Below the pieces are notes generated by a model that ran no database searches, was not told where the DNA came from, and saw only the letters and a program-made list of their open reading frames with translations. The position numbers and the translations under genes are program-made. Shown piece after piece: positions 1-7,920 of a stretch of DNA of 61,964 bases; position 1 is the stretch's first letter, and the number at the start of each line of letters is the position of its first letter. The stretch comes from Coriobacteriaceae bacterium (GTDB lineage Bacteria > Bacillota_I > Bacilli_A > RFN20 > CAG-826): NCBI GenBank assembly GCA_963612925.1, contig CAVDXG010000001.1, forward strand, positions 69,824 to 131,787, given 5' to 3'.

Positions 1-1010
1 GTGGAGTTAATGCTCTTCCGGGATTAAAAGAAGGCGATGCTTGTGTCTTTGCTGGCAAGGCAATGACCACTGATTATTTAATTGCTTTCACTAATTTAGG
101 TAATTTCTTATACATTCCAGTTCACAAAATTAATGAAACAAAATGGAAAGATGAAGGAAAACATCTCAATTATTTAATCAACTTAAATCCAAATGAAAAA
201 TTAATTAGAGCTTTTGCAATCGAAGAGTTCCGCGACGATTTATTCTTTGTTCTTGCTTCTAAGCATGGTCAAATTAAGCGTTTACCGATTAGCAATTTTT
301 CAGTCATTCGATATTCAAAACCAATTATGTGCATGAAATTATTGCAAGATGATGAATTATGCGATGTTGTCTTCACTAAAGGCAATGCAAACTTAGTGCT
401 TTTTACTAGCGATGGAAATTCTACGATGTATAACGAAAATGAATTGCCTTATGCGACACTTAAATCTGGCGGATTCAAAGGAATTTCTTCTTTGAAGAAA
501 GCTTCAATTGCAGGTCTTCTTGCTTATGATGGAGGATTAGCTAAAGGAAAGACCATTCTATTAACTGATAAGGGTTCTTTAAGAATATATGATGTCGCAA
601 ATGCGACCTTAACCAATCGCTTAGGGAAATTATCTTTTGTATTCCGCTCATTTAAAAGTGAACCTCATAATCTCATCTATGTTAAAAAGATCATCGATAT
701 GAATGCTCCTACATTAATTCATGTTTTAGATAAGAATCGCGAAGTTATCGATATAAATGTTGATGATTATCATGTCACTCCACTTGATAAATATGCGAAA
801 ACTAACATAAATATAACCAAGAAAAATTCGTTAGATGTGCCTTTTATTGAAGGCAATGAGCGAATTAGCAAAGACATTATTTCTGAATATGTGAAAAAAG
901 AAGAAAAATTTTCTGAAAATAGCGAAACAGCAGCCTCGGAAGATAAAGTTGAAAAAGAGGAAGAAGAAAAAGGTTATACTCAAATTTCGATCTTCGACGA
1001 TGAGGATTAG
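1..1010 (+). CDS. parC: DNA topoisomerase IV / gyrase subunit A family, C-terminal domain (5' end lies outside the window); more ParC-like
   Basis: The frame is open from nt 3 (GVNALPGLKEGD...) upstream of the tracked ATG at 63. Repeated beta-pinwheel blade-like segments, a YIPVHKI..WKDEGKH segment typical of Gram-positive ParC, and an acidic C-terminal tail. Confidence 0.6.
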   Translation, partial: GVNALPGLKEGDACVFAGKAMTTDYLIAFTNLGNFLYIPVHKINETKWKDEGKHLNYLINLNPNEKLIRAFAIEEFRDDLFFVLASKHGQIKRLPISNFSVIRYSKPIMCMKLLQDDELCDVVFTKGNANLVLFTSDGNSTMYNENELPYATLKSGGFKGISSLKKASIAGLLAYDGGLAKGKTILLTDKGSLRIYDVANATLTNRLGKLSFVFRSFKSEPHNLIYVKKIIDMNAPTLIHVLDKNREVIDINVDDYHVTPLDKYAKTNINITKKNSLDVPFIEGNERISKDIISEYVKKEEKFSENSETAASEDKVEKEEEEKGYTQISIFDDED

Positions 1011-1063
1011 TTCATCGTTTCAAAAGATTTAATCTTTTGATAGCTATAGTTTATAATTGAATT

Positions 1064-1603
1064 ATGTTAAAGAGATACATTCCTTATGCTTGTGCAAAAA
1101 ATGTTTATGAAATTGACCCACAGTTTTTTGTTAAAGAAAAGGTTAAATATCTATTCCTAGATTTGGATAACACTCTTGATTCATACAGGCAAAAAACGCC
1201 AACTGATAAAGCTATTCGTTTAAAAGATGATATCGAGAAACTTGGCATTAAAATTTATATTATTTCGAATAATACTGGTAAACGAGTTAGCTATTATGCC
1301 AAAGAGCTGAATGTTTCTTTCCTAAATTCTATTGGTAAGCCTTTCGCTTTTAAAATTAACAAGTTCTTAAAAAAGAATAACATCAACCCAAATGAGGTTA
1401 TGATGGTTGGCGACCAATTGATAACAGATATTGCTATGAGCAATAGAGCTAAGATAAAATCTATTTATGTAGATAAACTAGTAAAAGAGGATCAAATCAC
1501 TACTAGGATAAATCGAATATTTGAAAGGCCTATTAAACATCGTTTAGAAAAACGACATTTGTTTACGAGCTGGAAGGAGAGATTTTATGGCGGAGATAAA
1601 TAA
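1064..1603 (+). CDS. yqeG: YqeG-family HAD-IIIA phosphatase
   Basis: HAD motifs DLDNTL and GDQLITDI. Conserved position directly upstream of yqeH, with a 17-nt overlap. Confidence 0.85.
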   Translation: MLKRYIPYACAKNVYEIDPQFFVKEKVKYLFLDLDNTLDSYRQKTPTDKAIRLKDDIEKLGIKIYIISNNTGKRVSYYAKELNVSFLNSIGKPFAFKINKFLKKNNINPNEVMMVGDQLITDIAMSNRAKIKSIYVDKLVKEDQITTRINRIFERPIKHRLEKRHLFTSWKERFYGGDK

Positions 1604-2738
1604 GATTAGACGTTGTTACAACTGCGGAGTAATTCTTCAGTGCGAAGATGAAAATAAAGAAGGCTATGTCAATAAAGAGATTCTAGAAAATTCTTCGCAA
1701 AATTTTGTCTTTTGCAACCATTGCTTTGAACAAGAACGTTTTAAAAAAGCAGCGAATGAACCTCCTTTAAATCCTGAATTAATCAAGATAATTAAAGATG
1801 GTATCTCTAAAGATGGCTTATTTGTTTATGTCGTAAATCTTTTCTCTTTTGAAGCTTCATTTAATAGCCAATTAATTGAACTTTTAAAAGGCGCTAGACT
1901 CTTAGTCGTTGGCAATAAATTCGACCTTTTACCAGTCAATAGCGAAGTAAATTATATTTGCGAATATGTTGCTCATCGCTTCAGAGCTTCTGGCTTAAAG
2001 GATGTTAAATGTGATGATGTCATCGTCACAAGTGCTTTTAATGATGAACAAACTAGACAAGTTATTCAAAGAATATACGAACTTAAGAATAGTAAAAATG
2101 TTTATATAATTGGAAGCCAACTCTCCGGAAGAAGTACTTTGATATCCTCCTTTTTGAGAGTCATTAACAATCTTTCTCAAGGTAATATCGTTACCGAACC
2201 ATATCCTGGAACAAATATTGATGTCTTAAAAATTCCTTTCAATGGCAAGACCGCGATGTATAATTTGCCAGGCATCAGCTTAGAGAATTCCTTCTTATAC
2301 AATATCGATAAGCACACGCTTAAAGAAATATATTTAACAAAAGCCGTTAAAGGCAAGGAAGTTGCTTTATCAAAGGCGCAGTGTTTATTTATCAGCGGAT
2401 TAGCCTTCGTAGAATTTTTAGAAGGTAAAAGAACTGTTTTTACTTGCTATTTCCACGATCGAATCGCTTTGAAAAAGACGCATTTATCGAACAAAAACAT
2501 CGATTCACGCTTCATTAAATTAGTAAACGATAAAATGCTTAAACCAACTCATCCTAATATCCATTCTCTTAAAGATTTAGATGTCTATGATTTATCAATT
2601 ACAGAAAGTGGTCAAAGAGATGTTGGGATTTTAGGCTTAGGCTGGATTACCTTTAAAGGTAATAATCAAAAAATTCGATTATATGTACCTAAAGGTGTAT
2701 CAATTTATAACACAAGATCAAAAATTGCTAAAAAATAA
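1587..2738 (+). CDS. yqeH: Ribosome-biogenesis GTPase YqeH (circularly permuted), with atypical G1/G3 motifs
   Basis: N-terminal CxxC...CxxC zinc finger. G4 NKFD precedes G1, giving the permuted order. G1 reads GSQLSGRS and G3 reads NLPG. yqeG-yqeH-nadD synteny. Confidence 0.85.
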   Translation: MAEINKIRRCYNCGVILQCEDENKEGYVNKEILENSSQNFVFCNHCFEQERFKKAANEPPLNPELIKIIKDGISKDGLFVYVVNLFSFEASFNSQLIELLKGARLLVVGNKFDLLPVNSEVNYICEYVAHRFRASGLKDVKCDDVIVTSAFNDEQTRQVIQRIYELKNSKNVYIIGSQLSGRSTLISSFLRVINNLSQGNIVTEPYPGTNIDVLKIPFNGKTAMYNLPGISLENSFLYNIDKHTLKEIYLTKAVKGKEVALSKAQCLFISGLAFVEFLEGKRTVFTCYFHDRIALKKTHLSNKNIDSRFIKLVNDKMLKPTHPNIHSLKDLDVYDLSITESGQRDVGILGLGWITFKGNNQKIRLYVPKGVSIYNTRSKIAKK

Positions 2739-2740
2739 AA

Positions 2741-3850
2741 ATGGCTAATTATTTGCTTTTCGGTGGGACATTCGATCCTATACATAACGGCCATATTCGA
2801 ATGGCTTTACATGCTTCGCTTTCTTTAAACGCGGATGTTATTTTTATTCCTTCTAAATCACCGCGTTGGAAAAATCCTTTAACGGGCCCTAAAGATCGCC
2901 TTGCGATGCTTAAATTAGCTTTAAAGTATTGTCCAAGCGGAACAAGAATTTCGAAATTCGAACTTAATAGTAATGAAGATATCAATTACTCAATTGATAC
3001 AGCAAGGCATTTTAGAAATATTTATCCTAACGATAATCTTTACTTCATCATTGGAGCGGATCAAGTCAATCAATTCGGCCAATGGAAAAACGCTGAAGAA
3101 ATCGCTAAGTTAGTTCAAATTGTTTTTATATCTAGGCCCGACATCGATGTGAATAAAAATGTAGTTGCTGCCTATAATATGCGCGATTTAGTTTATTATG
3201 AAAGCGGGGAAGTCAGTTCTAGCAAAATTCGCGCCTTAGAATCGATTGATACGCCTTTAGAAGTTTTAAAATACATCGAGAATCATCGCTTATATTTTGT
3301 TGCTAAATTATCTAAAATGCTCGATGAACATCGTTTAAATCATTCAATCGAGGTTGCTCGTCTTGCTCTTGATATCGCTAAGGCTAATCATTTAGAAGAA
3401 CCAAGCAAATATTATATTGCTGCCTTGCTTCATGATTTAGGAAAAGCGATACATGATACAGATGTTGATATGCTTACTGTGATGAAAAATTATTATCCTG
3501 AATATCTTTCTATGCCTGCTTTTTCTTATCATCAGTTCTATGGTGAATATTTAGCAAAGAAATATTTCAATATCACTGATGAGAGCATTCTAAAGGCTAT
3601 TAAATTTCATTGCACTGGCAATAAAGATATGGATTCATTAGCAATGGTTATTTACGCCAGCGACAAAATAGAACCGACAAGAGGCTTTGATTCATCCTCT
3701 TTGATTTCTTCATGTTTAAAGAATTACAAACAAGGATTTATAGATACTTTAATTGATAATAAGAAATATCTATTAATGCACAACAAGGATATTTTAAATC
3801 CTTTAACAGATGCTTGTTTTAAAATGTATTTACCTAAGGAGTTTAATTAA
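2741..3850 (+). CDS. nadD: Fusion of nicotinate-nucleotide adenylyltransferase NadD and HD-domain YqeK
   Basis: N-terminal GGTFDPIHNGH and SSSKIR (NadD). The C-terminal half has HSIEVA...LLHDLGK (YqeK-type HD phosphohydrolase). Single uninterrupted 369-aa ORF. Confidence 0.85.
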   Translation: MANYLLFGGTFDPIHNGHIRMALHASLSLNADVIFIPSKSPRWKNPLTGPKDRLAMLKLALKYCPSGTRISKFELNSNEDINYSIDTARHFRNIYPNDNLYFIIGADQVNQFGQWKNAEEIAKLVQIVFISRPDIDVNKNVVAAYNMRDLVYYESGEVSSSKIRALESIDTPLEVLKYIENHRLYFVAKLSKMLDEHRLNHSIEVARLALDIAKANHLEEPSKYYIAALLHDLGKAIHDTDVDMLTVMKNYYPEYLSMPAFSYHQFYGEYLAKKYFNITDESILKAIKFHCTGNKDMDSLAMVIYASDKIEPTRGFDSSSLISSCLKNYKQGFIDTLIDNKKYLLMHNKDILNPLTDACFKMYLPKEFN

Positions 3851-3853
3851 TTT

Positions 3854-4177
3854 ATGAGAAAAAATAAGGTTGTTTCTTTAGCTGAAAAGACTCTTATTGA
3901 GCACAAAGCTGAAGATGTAGAAATAATCGATGTTAAAGAAAAAACACCTTTTGCTGATTATTATGTTTTAGCCACGGCGAGTAACATCAGACATTTAAAA
4001 GCGTTATGTGAACTTGTAGAAGATGCTTTTGAAAAAGAAAACATTGAGATCAATCACATTGAAGGAAAGCCAGAAACTGGTTGGATTTTAATTGATGCAT
4101 ATCATGTCATTGTAAACATTTTTACAAATGAAGAAAGAGAACGAATTAACATCAGCGAAGTCTTGAAAAAGAAGTAG
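3854..4177 (+). CDS. rsfS: Ribosomal silencing factor RsfS
   Basis: 107 aa with a DYYVLATASN..H..AL core typical of the RsfS/YbeB/iojap family. Conserved position after nadD-yqeK. Confidence 0.85.
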   Translation: MRKNKVVSLAEKTLIEHKAEDVEIIDVKEKTPFADYYVLATASNIRHLKALCELVEDAFEKENIEINHIEGKPETGWILIDAYHVIVNIFTNEERERINISEVLKKK

Positions 4178-4197
4178 CAGCATTTATATTTGAAGAA

Positions 4198-4230
4198 AGG
4201 GAGTCAATACTTGGCTCTTTTTTCTTTTTT
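4198..4230 (+). terminator. Rho-independent terminator of the yqeG-rsfS operon
   Basis: Hairpin GAGTCAA-TAC-TTGGCTC (one G-U pair, extendable with wobble pairs) followed by TTTTTTCTTTTTT. Confidence 0.7.
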
Positions 4231-4254
4231 AAGGCTGTTATGGAAAATATATAA

Positions 4255-4282
4255 ACTTCGCATAATGGCTATTATGTTAACC
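4255..4282. other. dif: Candidate dif site (XerC/XerD chromosome dimer resolution site)
   Basis: ACTTCGCATAA-TGGCTA-TTATGTTAACC: two 11-nt arms with inverted CATAA/TTATG around a 6-bp core. It matches 21/28 positions of E. coli dif and 20/28 of B. subtilis dif, as I recall those sequences. It lies in the largest intergenic gap, near the gene-orientation switch. Confidence 0.55.
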
Positions 4283-4442
4283 AAAGTATAATTAATAATG
4301 TATTTATCGAATCTTTTTGAAATGATGTATTTATCTTTATCTTTCGTGTTAAGAGTTTAATATTATTGTTTTCCACAAAAAAACTGTGAATAAAAACTAC
4401 TAACAAACTACTAATTTGAAAAATTGAGTTATACTACTAACG

Positions 4443-4922
4443 ATGGATATAACTGTAACAAGCATCTTTGTCTCGAGCTTACTTGCTATTCTTTTATTGC
4501 CTCGTTTTATCTATTTTGCTATCGTCAATCAACGTCGATATCCTAAACAATTATTCGCTAAACCTTATTTGTTCATTTTTATTTTGAACTTCTTATTAGC
4601 GATCGCTTTAGTAATTGTGTCTTTATTTTATTCTTCTTCTTTTTATAGCCTCGGATTATTCTTTGTCTGGCTATTTATTGTTTTAACAATGCTCTGTTTA
4701 GCTTTACTTGTATTATCTGTTTTTGTGATGAATGGCTATAATCCTCATTTCCAGTTTAAAAAGATGCTTTTGCCAATGCCGATTTACTTTATCGAAGTCG
4801 TTGGTATAGTTTCGACTTCTTTATTGACGATGAATTATTACCTTCTTATTCCGGGATGCGTTTACGCGTTAACTTCCTTCATTTGGAATTATAAAGGTTA
4901 TTTATTAACGAATAAGGATTAG
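4443..4922 (+). CDS. Hypothetical polytopic membrane protein
   Basis: 159-aa ORF made of 4-5 long hydrophobic segments. No family recognised. No SD; TATACT sits 7 nt upstream of the ATG. Confidence 0.5.
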   Translation: MDITVTSIFVSSLLAILLLPRFIYFAIVNQRRYPKQLFAKPYLFIFILNFLLAIALVIVSLFYSSSFYSLGLFFVWLFIVLTMLCLALLVLSVFVMNGYNPHFQFKKMLLPMPIYFIEVVGIVSTSLLTMNYYLLIPGCVYALTSFIWNYKGYLLTNKD

Positions 4923-4926
4923 ACGC

Positions 4927-5703
4927 TTAAGCTTCTTTTTCCTTTTTAAGGCCCTTTTTAGCAAAATAAATCGCAATATCGATTACGCCTATAATAAAAA
5001 TAGCAATCAACGAATAGGCTAAAATGCTAGTCATGTCCACAATTGTTGAAGCGTCCCTAATTAATTTTCCTAAACCATCCGCAGAATCGCTTCCTGCTAA
5101 TATTTCACTCATAATCGAGACTTTCATGCCAAGCCCGACACTTGACGCTATTCCTAAAGCAATGTAGTTGCTAGATAAAGGCAAATAAAATTTAAAAACC
5201 GATTTAAAAGTGTTTGAACCATCGATTTTTAAGGCATTTATTAAGTTAAGATCGATATTTTTAAAGCCTGAAACTACGCTTTCGTAGATGAGCGGGAAAG
5301 TAATTAAAAAGACCACGATTATCGGCGCGTATTTAGGCTTTAAAAGGGCGATGATGATAAAAATAACCGCCGCGGTTGGAATTGTTTTAAGCACAACCAC
5401 AAATGGTTTGAAGAAAATGTAAAAGTTCTCAAATAATCCTGCCAATATGCCTAGGAATAATCCCGCAACTATGCTTAAAGCTATTGCAATTATAAGCCTA
5501 AGGAGAGTTCCGCCAATAGCTAGATATGTTTTGCTTTCTCCTAAATAGGAGAAAAATAAAGGTATTACTTTTTGTGGACCTGGTAATAATGTCGTGTTAG
5601 CTAAAAAAGATATTAGCCACCACGATAAAAAGACCCCTACAAGTCCTAGCAAAGAATAGATTAATATTTTATGCTCGCTGTAAAGGTCTTTTAATTTGCT
5701 CAT
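4927..5703 (-). CDS. ABC importer permease, NitT/TauT (SsuC/TauC-like) family
   Basis: 258 aa with about 6 TM segments and an EAA-like loop (INALKIDGSNTFKSVFKFYLP) typical of binding-protein-dependent permeases. Confidence 0.8.
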   Translation of the reverse strand: MSKLKDLYSEHKILIYSLLGLVGVFLSWWLISFLANTTLLPGPQKVIPLFFSYLGESKTYLAIGGTLLRLIIAIALSIVAGLFLGILAGLFENFYIFFKPFVVVLKTIPTAAVIFIIIALLKPKYAPIIVVFLITFPLIYESVVSGFKNIDLNLINALKIDGSNTFKSVFKFYLPLSSNYIALGIASSVGLGMKVSIMSEILAGSDSADGLGKLIRDASTIVDMTSILAYSLIAIFIIGVIDIAIYFAKKGLKKEKEA

Positions 5704-6689
5704 AATGAAACGAAATAATCGTCGCTAAATGATGATAAGCCGAGTTTTGTTAAGAAAGCATTAACATCGACGCTTTCCGATGGATCTAGCAATCCAAAAC
5801 CATTTCGTCCGTCTTTCTGAACAGCTTTAACGATATTTGCATTAAAGCCAAAGCGCGAAACTTGCTCTGATAAGTTGCCGTAGGAATTCATCGCTTGCGC
5901 AACAGAATCAGGGTTAGTGATGGCTAACTTAATTGATGAATTCAATCGAGTGATAAATTCTTTAAGCTTTGATGGCTTATTTTCGATCGCGTTTTTGTGA
6001 ACAAACAATCCAGCTTGGACAAGTCCATCTTGACCGCTAAAATCCTTCCATTCTTGTCGAATATTTTTAACGATGTGAACTTTTCCGTATGTTTCAGCTT
6101 CTTTGTTATTCATAACGGCTGTTAATGCTGGTTCGGCAATGAAAACATAATCAACAATGTCAGTTCCTTGCTTTCCAGTTTTTAAAATTGCTTGAGCATC
6201 AGTTACGCCAGAAACATATTTGGCAGTGTTTTCAATTTTCCAATGTTTTTCGCACAATGTTGAATACACTTTATCAGGGTTCAAACCTTGACCAAATGAA
6301 TAGACAATATCATTTTCCCCGGGAAGAGGATAATTTCCATTTTCATCTGGAGTTTTCGTGCTTTTTTCATTATCAATGCAGGCAAGATAAAAGTTTCCTG
6401 CGGTAATAATTTTGGCTAATTTATAATTAGCATTGTTCTTTTTGATGCTTGTTAGACCATTAACTGCATCAAAAACTATGGCATCATAGTCATTTTTTTG
6501 TAATTCAGCTGCAACATTAGTTGGCATGCTGTTGGTTGTATAATTTTCGTTATTGCCTTGGTCATAAAAAGCTAAGGCCGGCGCACCGGTTGGGGTAATG
6601 AATTTGATTTCACTACGATCTTCACTTTGACCTCCACAGCCCGCTAATAGCAAAGCTAAGAAAGGCAAACATAATAATTTTTTAGTCAT
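5700..6689 (-). CDS. ABC importer substrate-binding lipoprotein
   Basis: Signal peptide with lipobox LLLAGC-GG. 329-aa periplasmic-binding-protein-like body. 4-nt overlap with the permease gene. Confidence 0.7.
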   Translation of the reverse strand: MTKKLLCLPFLALLLAGCGGQSEDRSEIKFITPTGAPALAFYDQGNNENYTTNSMPTNVAAELQKNDYDAIVFDAVNGLTSIKKNNANYKLAKIITAGNFYLACIDNEKSTKTPDENGNYPLPGENDIVYSFGQGLNPDKVYSTLCEKHWKIENTAKYVSGVTDAQAILKTGKQGTDIVDYVFIAEPALTAVMNNKEAETYGKVHIVKNIRQEWKDFSGQDGLVQAGLFVHKNAIENKPSKLKEFITRLNSSIKLAITNPDSVAQAMNSYGNLSEQVSRFGFNANIVKAVQKDGRNGFGLLDPSESVDVNAFLTKLGLSSFSDDYFVSL

Positions 6690-7878
6690 TTAAAAGTTCC
6701 TCGATAACTTCTCCGATTTGATTAGGAGATTTCTTCAAAGAAAAATTCCTTAAAATAGTTGCACCGATGTCTGCGAACGAATTTCTTTCTTCTAAGCAGC
6801 GTCCGTGTTTGAATGATTTTGAATAGCACAATAATGGCACTTTTTCACGAGTGTGATCGGTTCCAGTGTGCGTTGGATCGTTTCCGTGGTCGGCTGTTAC
6901 CATGAGTAGATCATCATCGTGCAAGACATTGATAAGTTCACCTAATCTAACATCGAATTCTTCTAAGGCTTTTCCATATCCTAATGGATTTCTTCGATGG
7001 CCATATTCGGAATCGAATTCAACTAAATTGACATAGCATAAGCCTTCAAAGTCATGATTTTTAGCTTCGTCGATAGTTTTATCCATTCCATCCATATTGC
7101 TAACTGTTTTTTGTGTTTTTACAACACCAACTTGATTGAATATATCGCCGATTTTGCCGACACAACTGACCATATAATGATTATCTTGAAGAATATTCAT
7201 CACTGTAATTCCGGTTGGTGAAACTGCTAAATCATGGCGATTTGGTGTTCTCTTAAAGTTAGATGGATCACTTCCGAGATATGGTCTAGCAATTACTCGC
7301 CCAACGAAATATTCTGGTTTCATGCATATTTCTCGAGCTATTTCGCAGCAACGATATAATTCTTTGACGCCAGTTACTTCTTCGTGAGCAGCGATTTGAA
7401 GCACGCTATCTGCGCTGGTGTAAACGATTAAAGAATTGTCGCGCATTTGCTGTTGGCCTAATTCTTTGAGAATTTCTGTTCCGCTAGCGGCTTTATTTCC
7501 AATTACTTTGTGACCAGTTTTTTCTTCTAGTTCATCGATTAGTGACTGAGGAAAACCAGTGTCAGTAAAGGTTTGGAAAGGCTTAGTTGTATAAATACCC
7601 ATCATTTCCCAGTGCCCAGTCATTGTATCTTTGCCGGCACTTGCCTCTTTAAGACGCATGCAGTAGGCGTTGGGATGATTTAGTTTGCTTGTGCCTTTAA
7701 TCGGCGCTAAATCGCCAAGACCTAGTGAGTTCATGACTGGAATATTTAATCCTCCACATCGTTCAGCTGTATGAACAAACGTGTTGGTGCCTGCGTCACC
7801 GAATTTATTAGCATCTGGCATTTCTCCAATGCCGACTGAATCGGTGACTATGACGAATATTCTTTTGAATTTTTTCAT
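6682..7878 (-). CDS. deoB: Phosphopentomutase
   Basis: N-terminus [18 protein letters not shown] and C-terminal TADHGNDPT, typical of DeoB/Drm. 398 aa. Confidence 0.9.
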   Translation of the reverse strand: MKKFKRIFVIVTDSVGIGEMPDANKFGDAGTNTFVHTAERCGGLNIPVMNSLGLGDLAPIKGTSKLNHPNAYCMRLKEASAGKDTMTGHWEMMGIYTTKPFQTFTDTGFPQSLIDELEEKTGHKVIGNKAASGTEILKELGQQQMRDNSLIVYTSADSVLQIAAHEEVTGVKELYRCCEIAREICMKPEYFVGRVIARPYLGSDPSNFKRTPNRHDLAVSPTGITVMNILQDNHYMVSCVGKIGDIFNQVGVVKTQKTVSNMDGMDKTIDEAKNHDFEGLCYVNLVEFDSEYGHRRNPLGYGKALEEFDVRLGELINVLHDDDLLMVTADHGNDPTHTGTDHTREKVPLLCYSKSFKHGRCLEERNSFADIGATILRNFSLKKSPNQIGEVIEELLND

Positions 7879-7920
7879 TTAATATTTGGCCTCCTTAAAA
7901 GAACCGATAATTATATTATC

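Noticed and set aside
4394-4440. Short direct repeats as a CRISPR array or minisatellite.
   Set aside because: There are only two or three copies of 9-11 nt units with no spacers of regular length and no cas genes.
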